NCBI GenBank assembly: GCA_024639765.1
Contig: JAHEHU010000001.1
Span: 2,800-66,799, forward strand
Reading direction: 5' to 3'
Source: Eudoraea sp.
Lineage (GTDB): Bacteria > Bacteroidota > Bacteroidia > Flavobacteriales > Flavobacteriaceae
Length of the DNA: 64,000 nt
A program made the position numbers and the translations under genes. Position 1 is the first letter of the stretch; the number at the start of each line of letters is the position of its first letter. Positions 28,572 through 38,680 of the stretch are shown piece after piece. The notes under the pieces are model-generated. The model worked only from the letters and a program-made list of their open reading frames with translations. It had not been told where the DNA came from and did no database searches.

Positions 28572-30355
28572 TGGTACAGAAGCTTACATATTTGTGTAGT
28601 ATGCTATTCCTAATTTTAGGGACAACCTTTGCGTATTCGCAGGATGAAGAGGCTGTTGAATTTGAGGTTATCTTAAGTAAAGAAAAACTAGGGATCAATG
28701 AGCGTCTGCGGGTAGAATTTACCATGAACAAAGATGGGGATAACTTTACTCCTCCGGATTTTGAAGGTTTCCGTGTGCTTATGGGTCCTTCTCAAAATAT
28801 CAGTTCATCATGGGTAAATGGTGTAAGGAGTTACTCAAAGACCTATTTCTACATTCTGGCACCTACGGAACGAGGTAACTTTACCATTAAACAAGCAACT
28901 ATAGTTATAGACGGTAAAACCTATAAGTCACTTCCCAAGAAAGTGGAAGTAACCGCTGCTGTAGACAAGCCTAGTGACCAGATGACCGCTGATGATGTTG
29001 CTGATGAAAGTCTTCATTTGGTTGCAGAAGTTTCTAAAGCTACGCCCTATTTAAACGAAGCTATAAGTGTCGTTTACAAGCTCTATGTTAGCCCATCTAT
29101 AAATGTGTCTAATTTCCGTCCCCTGGACAATCCTACCTACAATAATTTCTGGAGTCAGGATATCCCTGTTACCTCTTACAATGTTAAAAATGGCACCTAT
29201 AATGGAAAATCGTACCGTTATGTTATTCTAAAACGTGTGGTGTTATATCCCCAGAAAAGTGGTTCCCTGGAAATTGAACCTTTATCCCTTGATGTAACGC
29301 TGGAGGTGCCTACCAATAGGAGAGATTTTTTTGGCGGGCCTATATACGCACAGACCAATAAGACTGTTTCTGCCGGCCAACGTACCATAAGGGTCAAACC
29401 TTTGCCAACCCAAGGGCAACCTAGTAATTTTAGTGGTGCAGTGGGAAATTTTAGGTTTAAGGTTACCACAAGTAAAAAGAATCTTAAAGCTTCAGAATCT
29501 TTACAGGCCATCGTTGAGGTAGAAGGAAAAGGCAATCTTAAACTTTTTCAGTTACCCGTTTTGGAAATGCCCGGATCTCTAGAAGTGTACGAACCGGAAT
29601 TCAATGAAAATGTAAGAACTACCCTTTCCGGGATGCAGGGAAAGGTAAGTGATCAATATACCGTAGTACCTTCATTCAAAGGTAAATATCCCATTCCGCC
29701 TATTAGTTTTAGTTACTTTGACCCTGAAGCTCAAGGGTATAAAACTATTTCTTCTGAGGAGATCATGATAGATGTTATGGAAGGCCCGTTGGAAAACTCT
29801 TCCGGAAGTATTGCCATTGGTCAAAATAATAAACAGGTAATTCAAAGTACGGGATCTCAGTTCAATTTTATAAAATTAACGCCCAATTTGAGGCCTAGCA
29901 AGAATACGGTCTTTTTTGGCTCTCTCAAATTTTACCTATTGCTCATAAGTCCGCTTCTTTTAATTCCATTAGCTATTGTATTTGGAAAGAGAAGAGAAGC
30001 TATAGCCAGTGATGTAGCAGGTAATAAAATAAAAAAAGCAAATAAACTAGCCCGAAAATACCTTTACAAAGCTAAAAAGGCACTAGGAGAAAAAGATGCT
30101 TTTTATATCGCCCTGGAAAAGGCACTTCACAATTATCTGAAAGCAAAACTTAAGATTGAGACCTCCGAATTTGCCAAAGAGAAGGTTGCTTCATTACTAG
30201 CTCAAAAAACAGTAGACACTGAAACCACAGAAGGTTTTATTGGCCTGTTAAAAAATTGTGAGATGGCCAGATACAGCCCGTTTTCTGAGGTTCAAATGAA
30301 ACAAGATTACACCAAGGCTAGTGAGGTCATTTCAGCCATGGATAAACAATTGTAG
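28565..30355 (+). CDS. batD: BatD (oxygen-tolerance) protein
   Basis: 596-aa ORF with a signal peptide, Ig-like repeats and a late TM segment (FYLLLISPLLLIPLAIVF). The start is ambiguous: TTG 28565, GTG 28571 or ATG 28601. Confidence 0.75.
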   Translation: MVVVQKLTYLCSMLFLILGTTFAYSQDEEAVEFEVILSKEKLGINERLRVEFTMNKDGDNFTPPDFEGFRVLMGPSQNISSSWVNGVRSYSKTYFYILAPTERGNFTIKQATIVIDGKTYKSLPKKVEVTAAVDKPSDQMTADDVADESLHLVAEVSKATPYLNEAISVVYKLYVSPSINVSNFRPLDNPTYNNFWSQDIPVTSYNVKNGTYNGKSYRYVILKRVVLYPQKSGSLEIEPLSLDVTLEVPTNRRDFFGGPIYAQTNKTVSAGQRTIRVKPLPTQGQPSNFSGAVGNFRFKVTTSKKNLKASESLQAIVEVEGKGNLKLFQLPVLEMPGSLEVYEPEFNENVRTTLSGMQGKVSDQYTVVPSFKGKYPIPPISFSYFDPEAQGYKTISSEEIMIDVMEGPLENSSGSIAIGQNNKQVIQSTGSQFNFIKLTPNLRPSKNTVFFGSLKFYLLLISPLLLIPLAIVFGKRREAIASDVAGNKIKKANKLARKYLYKAKKALGEKDAFYIALEKALHNYLKAKLKIETSEFAKEKVASLLAQKTVDTETTEGFIGLLKNCEMARYSPFSEVQMKQDYTKASEVISAMDKQL

Positions 30356-30357
30356 AT

Positions 30358-31116
30358 ATGAAAAAGTGGGTTTTATTACTATTTGTATTTACCTTTTCTG
30401 CTGGCATAGCACAGAACGATGTTTTATTCGATAATGCCACCAAGGCCTATAACGAAGGAAACTACCAAGTCGCTATTGACAACTACCATGAGATTCTGAA
30501 GTCGGGTCAGCATTCTGCCGAAGTGTATTTCAATTTAGGGAATGCGTATTATAAAGTAAATAAAATAGGCCCCAGCATTTTTTATTACGAAAAAGCCCTG
30601 TTGCTCGATCCCAATGATGCAGAAATATTGAACAATTTGTCATATGCCCAAAATATGACTATAGATGCCATAGAGCCTATGCCGCAAACATCTATTTCCA
30701 GAATGGTGGCAAGTGTAAAGAACATCCTCACCTTTGATCAATGGGCCTATGCTGCGATCATCTTTATGTTCTTGTTTGTAGTGTTGTATCTGGCCTTCTA
30801 CTTTTTTCAATTTGCTGATAAGAAAAGGATTGCATTTATAGCAAGTATGATATGCTTACTCAGTATGGCACTGAGTATTTTATTCGCTGTTATACAGCAC
30901 CGTGACTTTACACAAAACCGCCCTGCGATCATATTTGCTTCCGAAACCGCCGTGAAGGAAGAACCAAACAACAGGAGCAATACGCTTTTTGACCTTCATG
31001 AAGGGAGCAAAGTTTTTGTGGAGGAAGAATTGGATGAATGGAATAAAATTAGGTTAGCTGATGGCAAAAATGGATGGATCCCTGCCACAGAACTAAGAAA
31101 GTTAAAAGAATTTTAG
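30358..31116 (+). CDS. batE: BatE (TPR, TM segments, C-terminal SH3 domain)
   Basis: TPR motifs (YFNLGNAYYK), two TM segments and SH3-like WNKIRLADGKNGWIPATEL. Confidence 0.8.
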   Translation: MKKWVLLLFVFTFSAGIAQNDVLFDNATKAYNEGNYQVAIDNYHEILKSGQHSAEVYFNLGNAYYKVNKIGPSIFYYEKALLLDPNDAEILNNLSYAQNMTIDAIEPMPQTSISRMVASVKNILTFDQWAYAAIIFMFLFVVLYLAFYFFQFADKKRIAFIASMICLLSMALSILFAVIQHRDFTQNRPAIIFASETAVKEEPNNRSNTLFDLHEGSKVFVEEELDEWNKIRLADGKNGWIPATELRKLKEF

Positions 31117-31179
31117 TAGGTCCTTCGCACTACCTTATCTTTATTTCTTATATTTTAGCTTCCATTGTGATAGTTGTCT

Positions 31180-31476
31180 ATGAAGTCTTTTATATTCATC
31201 ATTTTAACATCTGCCTGGTTAACAGGAATACTGGCCCCGCCAGTACTTCAACTGTTAGATGTAAACGGCCCTTTCATATCTATCAATATGAACGAAGAAG
31301 AGCCGCAGGAACAGAGTAAAAAGGACCAAAGTGAAGAGGTCATCCTTTCCGGTCTCTCCGGGCAGCAATCCATAGTTTATTTAAAAAGCTTTTCCCAGGC
31401 GAATTGGGAACACCAAATGTATTACGTGTCCTATACAACGGAGATTCCACTACCACCTCCTGAGGTAGGGCCTTAA
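31180..31476 (+). CDS. hypothetical small secreted/membrane protein
   Basis: 98-aa ORF starting at the ATG at 31180, with an N-terminal hydrophobic segment. No motif. Confidence 0.4.
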   Translation: MKSFIFIILTSAWLTGILAPPVLQLLDVNGPFISINMNEEEPQEQSKKDQSEEVILSGLSGQQSIVYLKSFSQANWEHQMYYVSYTTEIPLPPPEVGP

Positions 31477-31547
31477 TATTTCATCTTTTTTTTCTTTATA
31501 CTAAACAATCTTGATCCGATGGTTCAGGAATCAAACACTTTGCAATT

Positions 31548-33131
31548 ATGTTTAAGACTTTAAAAAACGATTTACCTGCAAGTATAGTCGTATTCTTTGT
31601 AGCCCTTCCCCTGTGTCTCGGGATAGCGCTTGCCAGCGGAGCACCTTTATTTTCTGGCTTAATTGCCGGAATCGTAGGTGGAATTGTAGTGGGGTCCTTA
31701 AGCGGCTCCCATATTGGCGTGAGTGGACCCGCAGCAGGGCTTGCCGCTATTGTACTCACCGCTATTGGTGCATTAGGTGGTTATCAGAATTTCTTGGTGG
31801 CAGTAGTCCTTGGTGGGGCCATACAGTTACTCCTCGGCATCTTAAAAGCAGGGGTCATAGGATATTACTTCCCTTCTTCTGTCATTAAGGGCATGCTAAC
31901 AGGTATTGGAATCATCATAATCCTGAAACAGATCCCCCACTTTTTTGGGTACGATGCAGACCCGGAAGGTGATTTTGCCTTTTTTCAAGTAGACGGTGAA
32001 AATACTTTTTCAGAAATTATAAATACTGTAAATTTTATTAGTCCGGGCCCAACCATTGTTGCCATTATTGGACTTGCCATACTGGTCCTTTGGGATAAGG
32101 TCCTTACTAAAAAGGCAAAAGTATTTAAATTGATACAGGGTCCCCTAGTTGCTGTTGTTGTTGGTATTTTATTCTTTGTTATAACCAAAGACAATGAAAC
32201 CTTTTCAATATCTGGAGCGCAACTTGTGAGTGTTCCTATTCCGAATGATGCTGCTTCGTTTATGAATCAATTCAGCTTTCCTAATTTTAGTGTAATTACC
32301 CGTCCTGAGATCTGGATCACCGCATTTACTATTGCCTTGGTAGCAAGTTTGGAAACGCTCTTATGTGTAGAGGCAACAGATAAGCTGGATCCTGAAAGAC
32401 GGGTTACACCAACGAATCGGGAATTATTGGCTCAGGGTACCGGGAATATCATATCCGGTTTAATTGGCGGTTTGCCTATTACCCAGGTAATTGTGCGTAG
32501 TTCTGCTAATATCCAATCTGGTGGGAAGTCGAAGATGTCTGCTATCATCCATGGGTTCTTCTTGCTCATCTCAGTGATCCTTATTCCACGCTTACTTAAT
32601 ATGATACCATTATCTGTTCTGGCGGCCATTTTATTCATCGTAGGATACAAACTAGCTAAACCGGCCCTTTTTAAGCAAATGTACGATCTCGGGTGGAAGC
32701 AATTTATTCCTTTTACGGTTACCGTTGGAGGGATCATCTTTACAGATCTTCTTGTTGGTATTGGTTTGGGATTAGGTGTGGGCATTGTGGTGATTCTAAT
32801 TAAGAGCTATCAAAATTCTCATTTCCTGCATATAGAGGATAAAAGCAATGGCAAACATAGAATTAAAATGACCCTTGCAGAGGAAGTAACATTCTTTAAC
32901 AAAGGTGCCATTTTAAAGGAGTTGGACAGCTTACCTATAGATACTTATTTGGAATTGGATGTAAGAAAAACAAGGTATCTGGACAATGATATCATTGAAA
33001 TTCTCGACGATTTTGCTTACAAAGCCAAAGAAAGAAATATAGACATAATGTTAATTTCAGAGCTGGGTACTGTTGAAAATCCGTCGAGTTTTATCAACTT
33101 TTTTAAACTAAGACCAGAATTACCTTATTAA
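31548..33131 (+). CDS. SulP family inorganic anion transporter (short STAS-like tail)
   Basis: 527-aa polytopic ORF with ALPLCLGIALASGAP and GLPITQVIVRSSANIQSGG motifs. Confidence 0.9.
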   Translation: MFKTLKNDLPASIVVFFVALPLCLGIALASGAPLFSGLIAGIVGGIVVGSLSGSHIGVSGPAAGLAAIVLTAIGALGGYQNFLVAVVLGGAIQLLLGILKAGVIGYYFPSSVIKGMLTGIGIIIILKQIPHFFGYDADPEGDFAFFQVDGENTFSEIINTVNFISPGPTIVAIIGLAILVLWDKVLTKKAKVFKLIQGPLVAVVVGILFFVITKDNETFSISGAQLVSVPIPNDAASFMNQFSFPNFSVITRPEIWITAFTIALVASLETLLCVEATDKLDPERRVTPTNRELLAQGTGNIISGLIGGLPITQVIVRSSANIQSGGKSKMSAIIHGFFLLISVILIPRLLNMIPLSVLAAILFIVGYKLAKPALFKQMYDLGWKQFIPFTVTVGGIIFTDLLVGIGLGLGVGIVVILIKSYQNSHFLHIEDKSNGKHRIKMTLAEEVTFFNKGAILKELDSLPIDTYLELDVRKTRYLDNDIIEILDDFAYKAKERNIDIMLISELGTVENPSSFINFFKLRPELPY

Positions 33132-33138
33132 ATAAATT

Positions 33139-33954
33139 ATGAAACCTAATAAAAAGAAATATAGATTGCTAGTACTTTCAGATTTATATAAATCTTCAAG
33201 TATGATGTTAAAAAGCGCTGTAGGCCTGGCTAAAATGATCAATGCTGAGTTAGAAGTATTCCATGTTACAAAGCCTTCGGATATTGTAGCCAGCGAAAAT
33301 CAATTATCCGCTATGCGTACAATTAATTCAAAGCATAAAACAATAGATAAGAAAATTCAAAACTTGATTACCCCTATTGAAAAGGATTTCGGAATTAATA
33401 TACCTTATTCGTTTGCGTTCGGAAATGTAAAAAATGAACTAGGTGCTTATATCAAAAAACGGCGACCCGATATTATAGTACTGGGGAAACGAAAATCCAA
33501 ACCCTTTAATTTGATCGGCGATAATATTACAGAGTTTGTGTTAAATGCCCATGATGGTGTAGTTCTAATAACAACAGATAATGATGTACTATTGCCAAAT
33601 GAAGAAATTTCTCTCGGCTTGCTTAATAATTCGAAACCATTCTTAAATTTCGCTTTTGCCGAAGATTTGATGAAACATATCCAAAAACCCATGAAATCTT
33701 TCAAGATCATCAAAAATTCTACCGCGGTAAAGGAAGTATCAAAAGCCATAGATGATGAAACAATAGAATATGTGTTTGAACAAAACGATGGCACAATAAA
33801 AAACCTTTCTAACTACCTGTCAATAAATAACATAAGTCTATTATCGATCGATAGGGGACAGAAAGATCCGGATAACGCGAAGGAATTAATAATGTTGGAT
33901 ATTAATAGTATCATTGGCAAGCTCAATACCCCCCTCTTGATCTCCGGCAAATAA
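33139..33954 (+). CDS. universal stress protein family (tandem Usp-like)
   Basis: 271-aa ORF in which each half has a Usp-like fold pattern (LLVLSDL...IIVLGKRK / ...ISLLSIDRGQ). Weak motif support. Confidence 0.6.
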   Translation: MKPNKKKYRLLVLSDLYKSSSMMLKSAVGLAKMINAELEVFHVTKPSDIVASENQLSAMRTINSKHKTIDKKIQNLITPIEKDFGINIPYSFAFGNVKNELGAYIKKRRPDIIVLGKRKSKPFNLIGDNITEFVLNAHDGVVLITTDNDVLLPNEEISLGLLNNSKPFLNFAFAEDLMKHIQKPMKSFKIIKNSTAVKEVSKAIDDETIEYVFEQNDGTIKNLSNYLSINNISLLSIDRGQKDPDNAKELIMLDINSIIGKLNTPLLISGK

Positions 33955-33987
33955 AAATATAGCAATTCACAAATAAAACAATCTATT

Positions 33988-34617
33988 ATGAAAGCACATA
34001 CAAAAGATACACAGGCAGAAATAACACCAGATGCTGCCATAAAGTTATTAAAAGAGGGCAATAGCAGATTTGTGGAAAATAAAAATGCAGATCGCGACCT
34101 ATTGGAGCAGGTAAATTATACCGCATCTGGGCAATATCCTTTTGCCACAATATTGAGTTGCATAGATTCTAGAGTTTCTGCCGAGCTGATCTTCGATCAG
34201 GGAGTCGGGGATATTTTCAGCGCCAGAGTCGCCGGAAATATCGTGAATGAAGATTTGTTAGGGAGCATTGAATTTGCCTGTAAAATAGCCGGAACAAAAG
34301 TTCTCGTTATACTTGGTCATACTGCTTGTGGTGCAGTCAAAGGTGCATGTGACGACGCTAAATTAGGGAACTTAACCACATTGCTTCATAAAATAAAACC
34401 TGCGGTAGCAGCAGTTACCGAGCCTTCCGATAGTAGTTTGAGAAACTCAAAGAACATCGATTTTGTTAATGCAGTTGCCATAAAAAACGTGGAATTAACT
34501 ATTGAGAATACTCGAAGTCTGAGTCCGGTTCTTAAAGAAATGGAGGATAATGAAGAAATCAAAATTATAGGAGCCATGTACGACATCAATAATGGAAAGG
34601 TTACTTTTATGGATTGA
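33988..34617 (+). CDS. beta-class carbonic anhydrase
   Basis: Zinc ligand motifs SCIDSRV and GHTACGAV. 209 aa. Confidence 0.9.
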   Translation: MKAHTKDTQAEITPDAAIKLLKEGNSRFVENKNADRDLLEQVNYTASGQYPFATILSCIDSRVSAELIFDQGVGDIFSARVAGNIVNEDLLGSIEFACKIAGTKVLVILGHTACGAVKGACDDAKLGNLTTLLHKIKPAVAAVTEPSDSSLRNSKNIDFVNAVAIKNVELTIENTRSLSPVLKEMEDNEEIKIIGAMYDINNGKVTFMD

Positions 34618-34706
34618 AGTAAAACTGTTAGCGGAAAGCCAATGGAATCCATTGGCTTTTTTTATGACTAAAATACTTTATCTTGATACTTTGAATACCG
34701 ATCACT

Positions 34707-36587
34707 ATGAAAAACCTTTTCTCCAACCTGAAGGGAGACCTCTTCGGAGGAATTACAGCTGGTATTGTAGCCCTTCCCTTGGCTCTCGCTTTTGGGGTGA
34801 GTTCAGGAATGGGTCCCAGTGCGGGACTTTATGGAGCCATATTTATTAGTTTTTTTGCAGCCCTGTTCGGTGGTACCAATACCCAGATTTCTGGCCCAAC
34901 AGCCCCAATGACCGCGGTGAGCATGGTAGTTATCGCTGGAATCATTGCGGCAAATGATGGAAGTTTGGAAAAAGCAACACCGGCAATCCTTATCGTATTT
35001 CTATTAGCGGGACTTTTACAAATAGGACTTGGACTCATAGGAATTGGTAAGTATATCCGATACATTCCTTATCCAGTGGTGTCTGGCTTTATGACCGCTA
35101 TCGGTGTCATTATTCTAGTCACACAGGTTTTACCAGCGATTGGTTATTATCCTAAAGAAGATGATGATTTTGTAAATGAATTTAAACCGATGGCCGAAGA
35201 GATTATCTTAGATAATATTCTGAAAGAGGAGGCAGGAGAAGGTATTTTAGTACTGGAAGATTTCGAGGAAACCATTAAAAGAGCCGAGGCTATTACCGAG
35301 GAAGATATGCTCAAAGAAGCTCAAACCCTGGCTAAAACTGATGCATCAGGGGTTATCGGTTCTATTAAGGTGCTACCCAGGGCCCTAAAAAATATCAATT
35401 GGCTCGAACTCATATTGGCTCTTTCAACTATCGTCATCATTTTTGGTTTTAAACGGATAACGACTTTAATACCCAGTGCTTTGGTCGCTTTAATCGTTGT
35501 TTCGGGGGTGGCCTATGGTTTCGGACTGGACTACCGTCCTATAGAGCAGATTCCAAGTGGTTTCCCTACACCCAATCTTAGCATTTTTACCGAATTCAAA
35601 ATGAGTTCCCTAACACCCTATGTTTTTACTGCATTGACCTTGGCGCTCTTAGGAGCCATTGACTCCCTTCTGACTTCGGTAGTTGCGGATAACATGACCA
35701 AGACTAAACACAAGCCCAATAAAGAATTGGTTGGGCAAGGGATCGGAAACAGTATAGCTGCGATATTTGGAGGAATTCCGGGAGCAGGAGCCACTATTCG
35801 TACCGTAGTAAACATCAACTCCGGAGGGAAAACCAAACTCTCAGGGATGATCGCCGGGATACTATTACTCATTATCTTATTGGCCTTAGGGCCTGTTGCT
35901 TCACAGATTCCGGCCGCTGTTCTTGCCGGAATTTTGGTCACCGTGGGTATAGGGGTAATGGATTATAAGGGTTTAAAGGCCATTCCCAGCTTGCCAAAAG
36001 ATTTGAATATAGGACCTATAAAATTCAGTTCTGAAGTTATAATTATGCTGGTTGTTCTTATACTGTCTTCCACCTGGAACCTGGTCTATGCAGTAGGGGT
36101 GGGACTCGTGATTGCCTCCTTGATGTTTATGAAAAAAATGGGCGATCTTACTGCTGAAAGATCAGACGTAAAGGCTTTGGTCGAAGAGGTGAATTGGGAA
36201 GATGAAGCAGATTTTCCAAACTACTTAAAAGAAGAAGTATTTATTAAGCATGTTAAAGGACCTTTGTTCTTTGGGTCTACCAGTGAATTTCAACAATTGT
36301 CAGATCAAATCCCGAGGACGGCCTCAACAGTCATCATTAGAATGGACCGTATGCAATATATGGACCAGTCTGGGTTATATACGTTAGAAGATATCCTTAT
36401 AGATTTACGCAAATCCGACATTACTATTCTTTTTGTAGATGTATTGACCCAACCTCGATATATGATGGAACGGGTAGACATCATACCAGACCTGATTCCT
36501 GAAAATCATATATTTGAAAATTTCGAGGAATGTTTGAGATGGATCAAGGGAAATGTAAGAGATGCCTACAATAAAATAGAAACCTAG
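34707..36587 (+). CDS. SulP family anion transporter with STAS domain and large acidic insertion
   Basis: 626-aa ORF with GGTNTQISGPTAPM and GAGATIRTVVNINSGG motifs and a C-terminal STAS region (HVKGPLFFGS). An ~80-aa hydrophilic insert spans aa 148-228. Confidence 0.9.
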   Translation: MKNLFSNLKGDLFGGITAGIVALPLALAFGVSSGMGPSAGLYGAIFISFFAALFGGTNTQISGPTAPMTAVSMVVIAGIIAANDGSLEKATPAILIVFLLAGLLQIGLGLIGIGKYIRYIPYPVVSGFMTAIGVIILVTQVLPAIGYYPKEDDDFVNEFKPMAEEIILDNILKEEAGEGILVLEDFEETIKRAEAITEEDMLKEAQTLAKTDASGVIGSIKVLPRALKNINWLELILALSTIVIIFGFKRITTLIPSALVALIVVSGVAYGFGLDYRPIEQIPSGFPTPNLSIFTEFKMSSLTPYVFTALTLALLGAIDSLLTSVVADNMTKTKHKPNKELVGQGIGNSIAAIFGGIPGAGATIRTVVNINSGGKTKLSGMIAGILLLIILLALGPVASQIPAAVLAGILVTVGIGVMDYKGLKAIPSLPKDLNIGPIKFSSEVIIMLVVLILSSTWNLVYAVGVGLVIASLMFMKKMGDLTAERSDVKALVEEVNWEDEADFPNYLKEEVFIKHVKGPLFFGSTSEFQQLSDQIPRTASTVIIRMDRMQYMDQSGLYTLEDILIDLRKSDITILFVDVLTQPRYMMERVDIIPDLIPENHIFENFEECLRWIKGNVRDAYNKIET

Positions 36588-36672
36588 AAAGTATTATGCT
36601 TTATTATTGGCTGAAAGAATTACTGTCATGATATAGGAAAACCCTTAAATTTGCCAATTATAGCCGAATATT

Positions 36673-37692
36673 ATGATCGATCAATTAAAAGAGCATATCA
36701 AAGAAGTAAAGGAGTTTTCAACCACTTCTAAAGAAGCTATTGAAACGTTCCGAATTCAATACCTGGGTAAAAAGGGGATCTTGAATCAATTTTTTGCGGA
36801 ATTCAAACAGGTTCCAAATGATCAAAAAAAGGAATTTGGTAAAACCATTAATGAACTGAAAGTACTGGCCACAGAGAAAGTCAGTACCCTTAAAAGTGCT
36901 CTCGAAGCAAAAGGGGGTGATACGTTGGTATATGGTGACCTTACACGCCCCGGCGAACCCATTGAGCTGGGTGCACGGCATCCTATTTCAATCGTAAAGA
37001 ATCAGATCATTGATATATTCTCAAGGATCGGTTTTAATGTATCGGAAGGTCCGGAAATAGAAGACGATTGGCATAATTTTACGGCACTTAATTTGCCAGA
37101 ACACCATCCGGCAAGAGATATGCAGGATACCTTTTTTATTCAGACCAATCCGGATCTTTTACTAAGAACACACACTTCCTCTGTACAGGTGAGATATATG
37201 GAGAACCATGCACCTCCCATCCGAACCATTTCTCCCGGAAGAGTTTATAGAAATGAGGCCATTTCTGCCCGTTCTCATTGTTTTTTCCACCAGGTTGAAG
37301 GCCTGTACATAGACAAGGATGTGTCTTTTGCAGATCTGAAACAAACACTGCAATTCTTTACAACAGAGCTCTTTGGGAAATCAAAAATTCGTCTTAGACC
37401 TTCTTACTTCCCTTTCACTGAACCAAGTGCTGAAGTAGATGTATATTGGGGTCTGGAGACAGAAACAGATTATAGGATGACCAAGGGAACAGGGTGGTTA
37501 GAGATCATGGGCTGCGGAATGGTAGATCCTAATGTTCTGGATAATTGTGGAATAGATTCTAATATATACTCTGGATTTGCTTTTGGTATGGGAATAGACA
37601 GGATCGCTCTATTGCTTCATCAAATTTCCGATATCCGTCTCCTTAGTGAAAACGATCTGCGCTTTCTGGAACAATTCAAAAGTGCTTTTTAA
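36673..37692 (+). CDS. pheS: phenylalanine--tRNA ligase alpha subunit
   Basis: Class II motifs HPARDMQDTF, FPFTEPS and GFAFGMGIDR. Confidence 0.95.
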   Translation: MIDQLKEHIKEVKEFSTTSKEAIETFRIQYLGKKGILNQFFAEFKQVPNDQKKEFGKTINELKVLATEKVSTLKSALEAKGGDTLVYGDLTRPGEPIELGARHPISIVKNQIIDIFSRIGFNVSEGPEIEDDWHNFTALNLPEHHPARDMQDTFFIQTNPDLLLRTHTSSVQVRYMENHAPPIRTISPGRVYRNEAISARSHCFFHQVEGLYIDKDVSFADLKQTLQFFTTELFGKSKIRLRPSYFPFTEPSAEVDVYWGLETETDYRMTKGTGWLEIMGCGMVDPNVLDNCGIDSNIYSGFAFGMGIDRIALLLHQISDIRLLSENDLRFLEQFKSAF

Positions 37693-37706
37693 TTCCTACA
37701 GGAATA

Positions 37707-38213
37707 TTAACGTAATGGAAATCCCTTTGCCGCCCACCAGGGATGGATTTCAATACGTAATCTCCCAGACTGCACCATAGGATCTAAATTTGCTAAACTA
37801 TCTGCCATTGCCTTTGTTGGAGTATTGTAAATAGTAATACCACGAATATCTCCATCATCCCCAAAAGGGCCTGAAATATCCGCGTATCCCAGCTCATACA
37901 TTCTTCCGAGATGTTCGAGGTGTAAGGTTTGCAAACTATCTGCTTCATTCTTGTTCTGAGACCTAACGGGGCCCTTTTTCAGAAAGGCAATAAAATACTG
38001 TTGCATCAATAGAGTGTCGCCTGTTTGAGGGTCAACATAATCAAATAATTCATATCCTTGCTCAATGAGTTCTTGCTTCAATTGAAACACAGATGTAATA
38101 GAATCTGCCTTGTTAATTGTTGATGAAACAGCTTTGTTATTTTCTATTTCCTTGCATCCTATTACAGTTAACATTAAGGCAATGGGCAATAGTCTGATTT
38201 TTGCTTTTACCAT
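37707..38213 (-). CDS. lipoprotein with YciI-like C-terminal domain
   Basis: Lipobox TVIGC. The C-terminal region reads HLEHLGRMYELGYADISGPF...ANLDPMVQSG, resembling YciI. Confidence 0.45.
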   Translation of the reverse strand: MVKAKIRLLPIALMLTVIGCKEIENNKAVSSTINKADSITSVFQLKQELIEQGYELFDYVDPQTGDTLLMQQYFIAFLKKGPVRSQNKNEADSLQTLHLEHLGRMYELGYADISGPFGDDGDIRGITIYNTPTKAMADSLANLDPMVQSGRLRIEIHPWWAAKGFPLR

Positions 38214-38680
38214 GACAAAAATGGATTTTTACTTAATTGTGAATTATAATATTTAGGATCTCCGGTAACTTCATCCCCTAACCATTCGGGTTTTAAAAAG
38301 GTCTCGTCTGCTTGCTGTAACTCAATTTCTGCGATCACCAGCCCTTTATTCTGAGCGTGAAACTCATCAACCTCTACCACATGGGGTCCGCTTTTTACAA
38401 GGTATCTTTGTTTGTGGATCGTGCCTTTATCACATATTTCTAAAAGACTTTTTGCCTCTTCTGATGAAATTTCGCGTTCCCATTCAAAACGTGTGGTTCC
38501 ATCGGGGTCTGTTTTTCCCTTCACTGTTATAAATCCTTTTTCACCGGTAAGGCGCACCCGTACCGTTCGTTCCGGATGAGTACTTAGAAACCCTTGTATG
38601 ATTTCTTCTTTTGCAAAGGCTTCTGCCCTGTAGGCATTAGAAGTGACCAAATATTTTCGTTCTATCTCAATCATAGGCAA
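38207..38680 (-). CDS. CYTH domain protein (CyaB/ThTPase-like)
   Basis: Signature EIERKYLV at the N-terminus. 157 aa. Confidence 0.8.
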   Translation of the reverse strand: MPMIEIERKYLVTSNAYRAEAFAKEEIIQGFLSTHPERTVRVRLTGEKGFITVKGKTDPDGTTRFEWEREISSEEAKSLLEICDKGTIHKQRYLVKSGPHVVEVDEFHAQNKGLVIAEIELQQADETFLKPEWLGDEVTGDPKYYNSQLSKNPFLSW

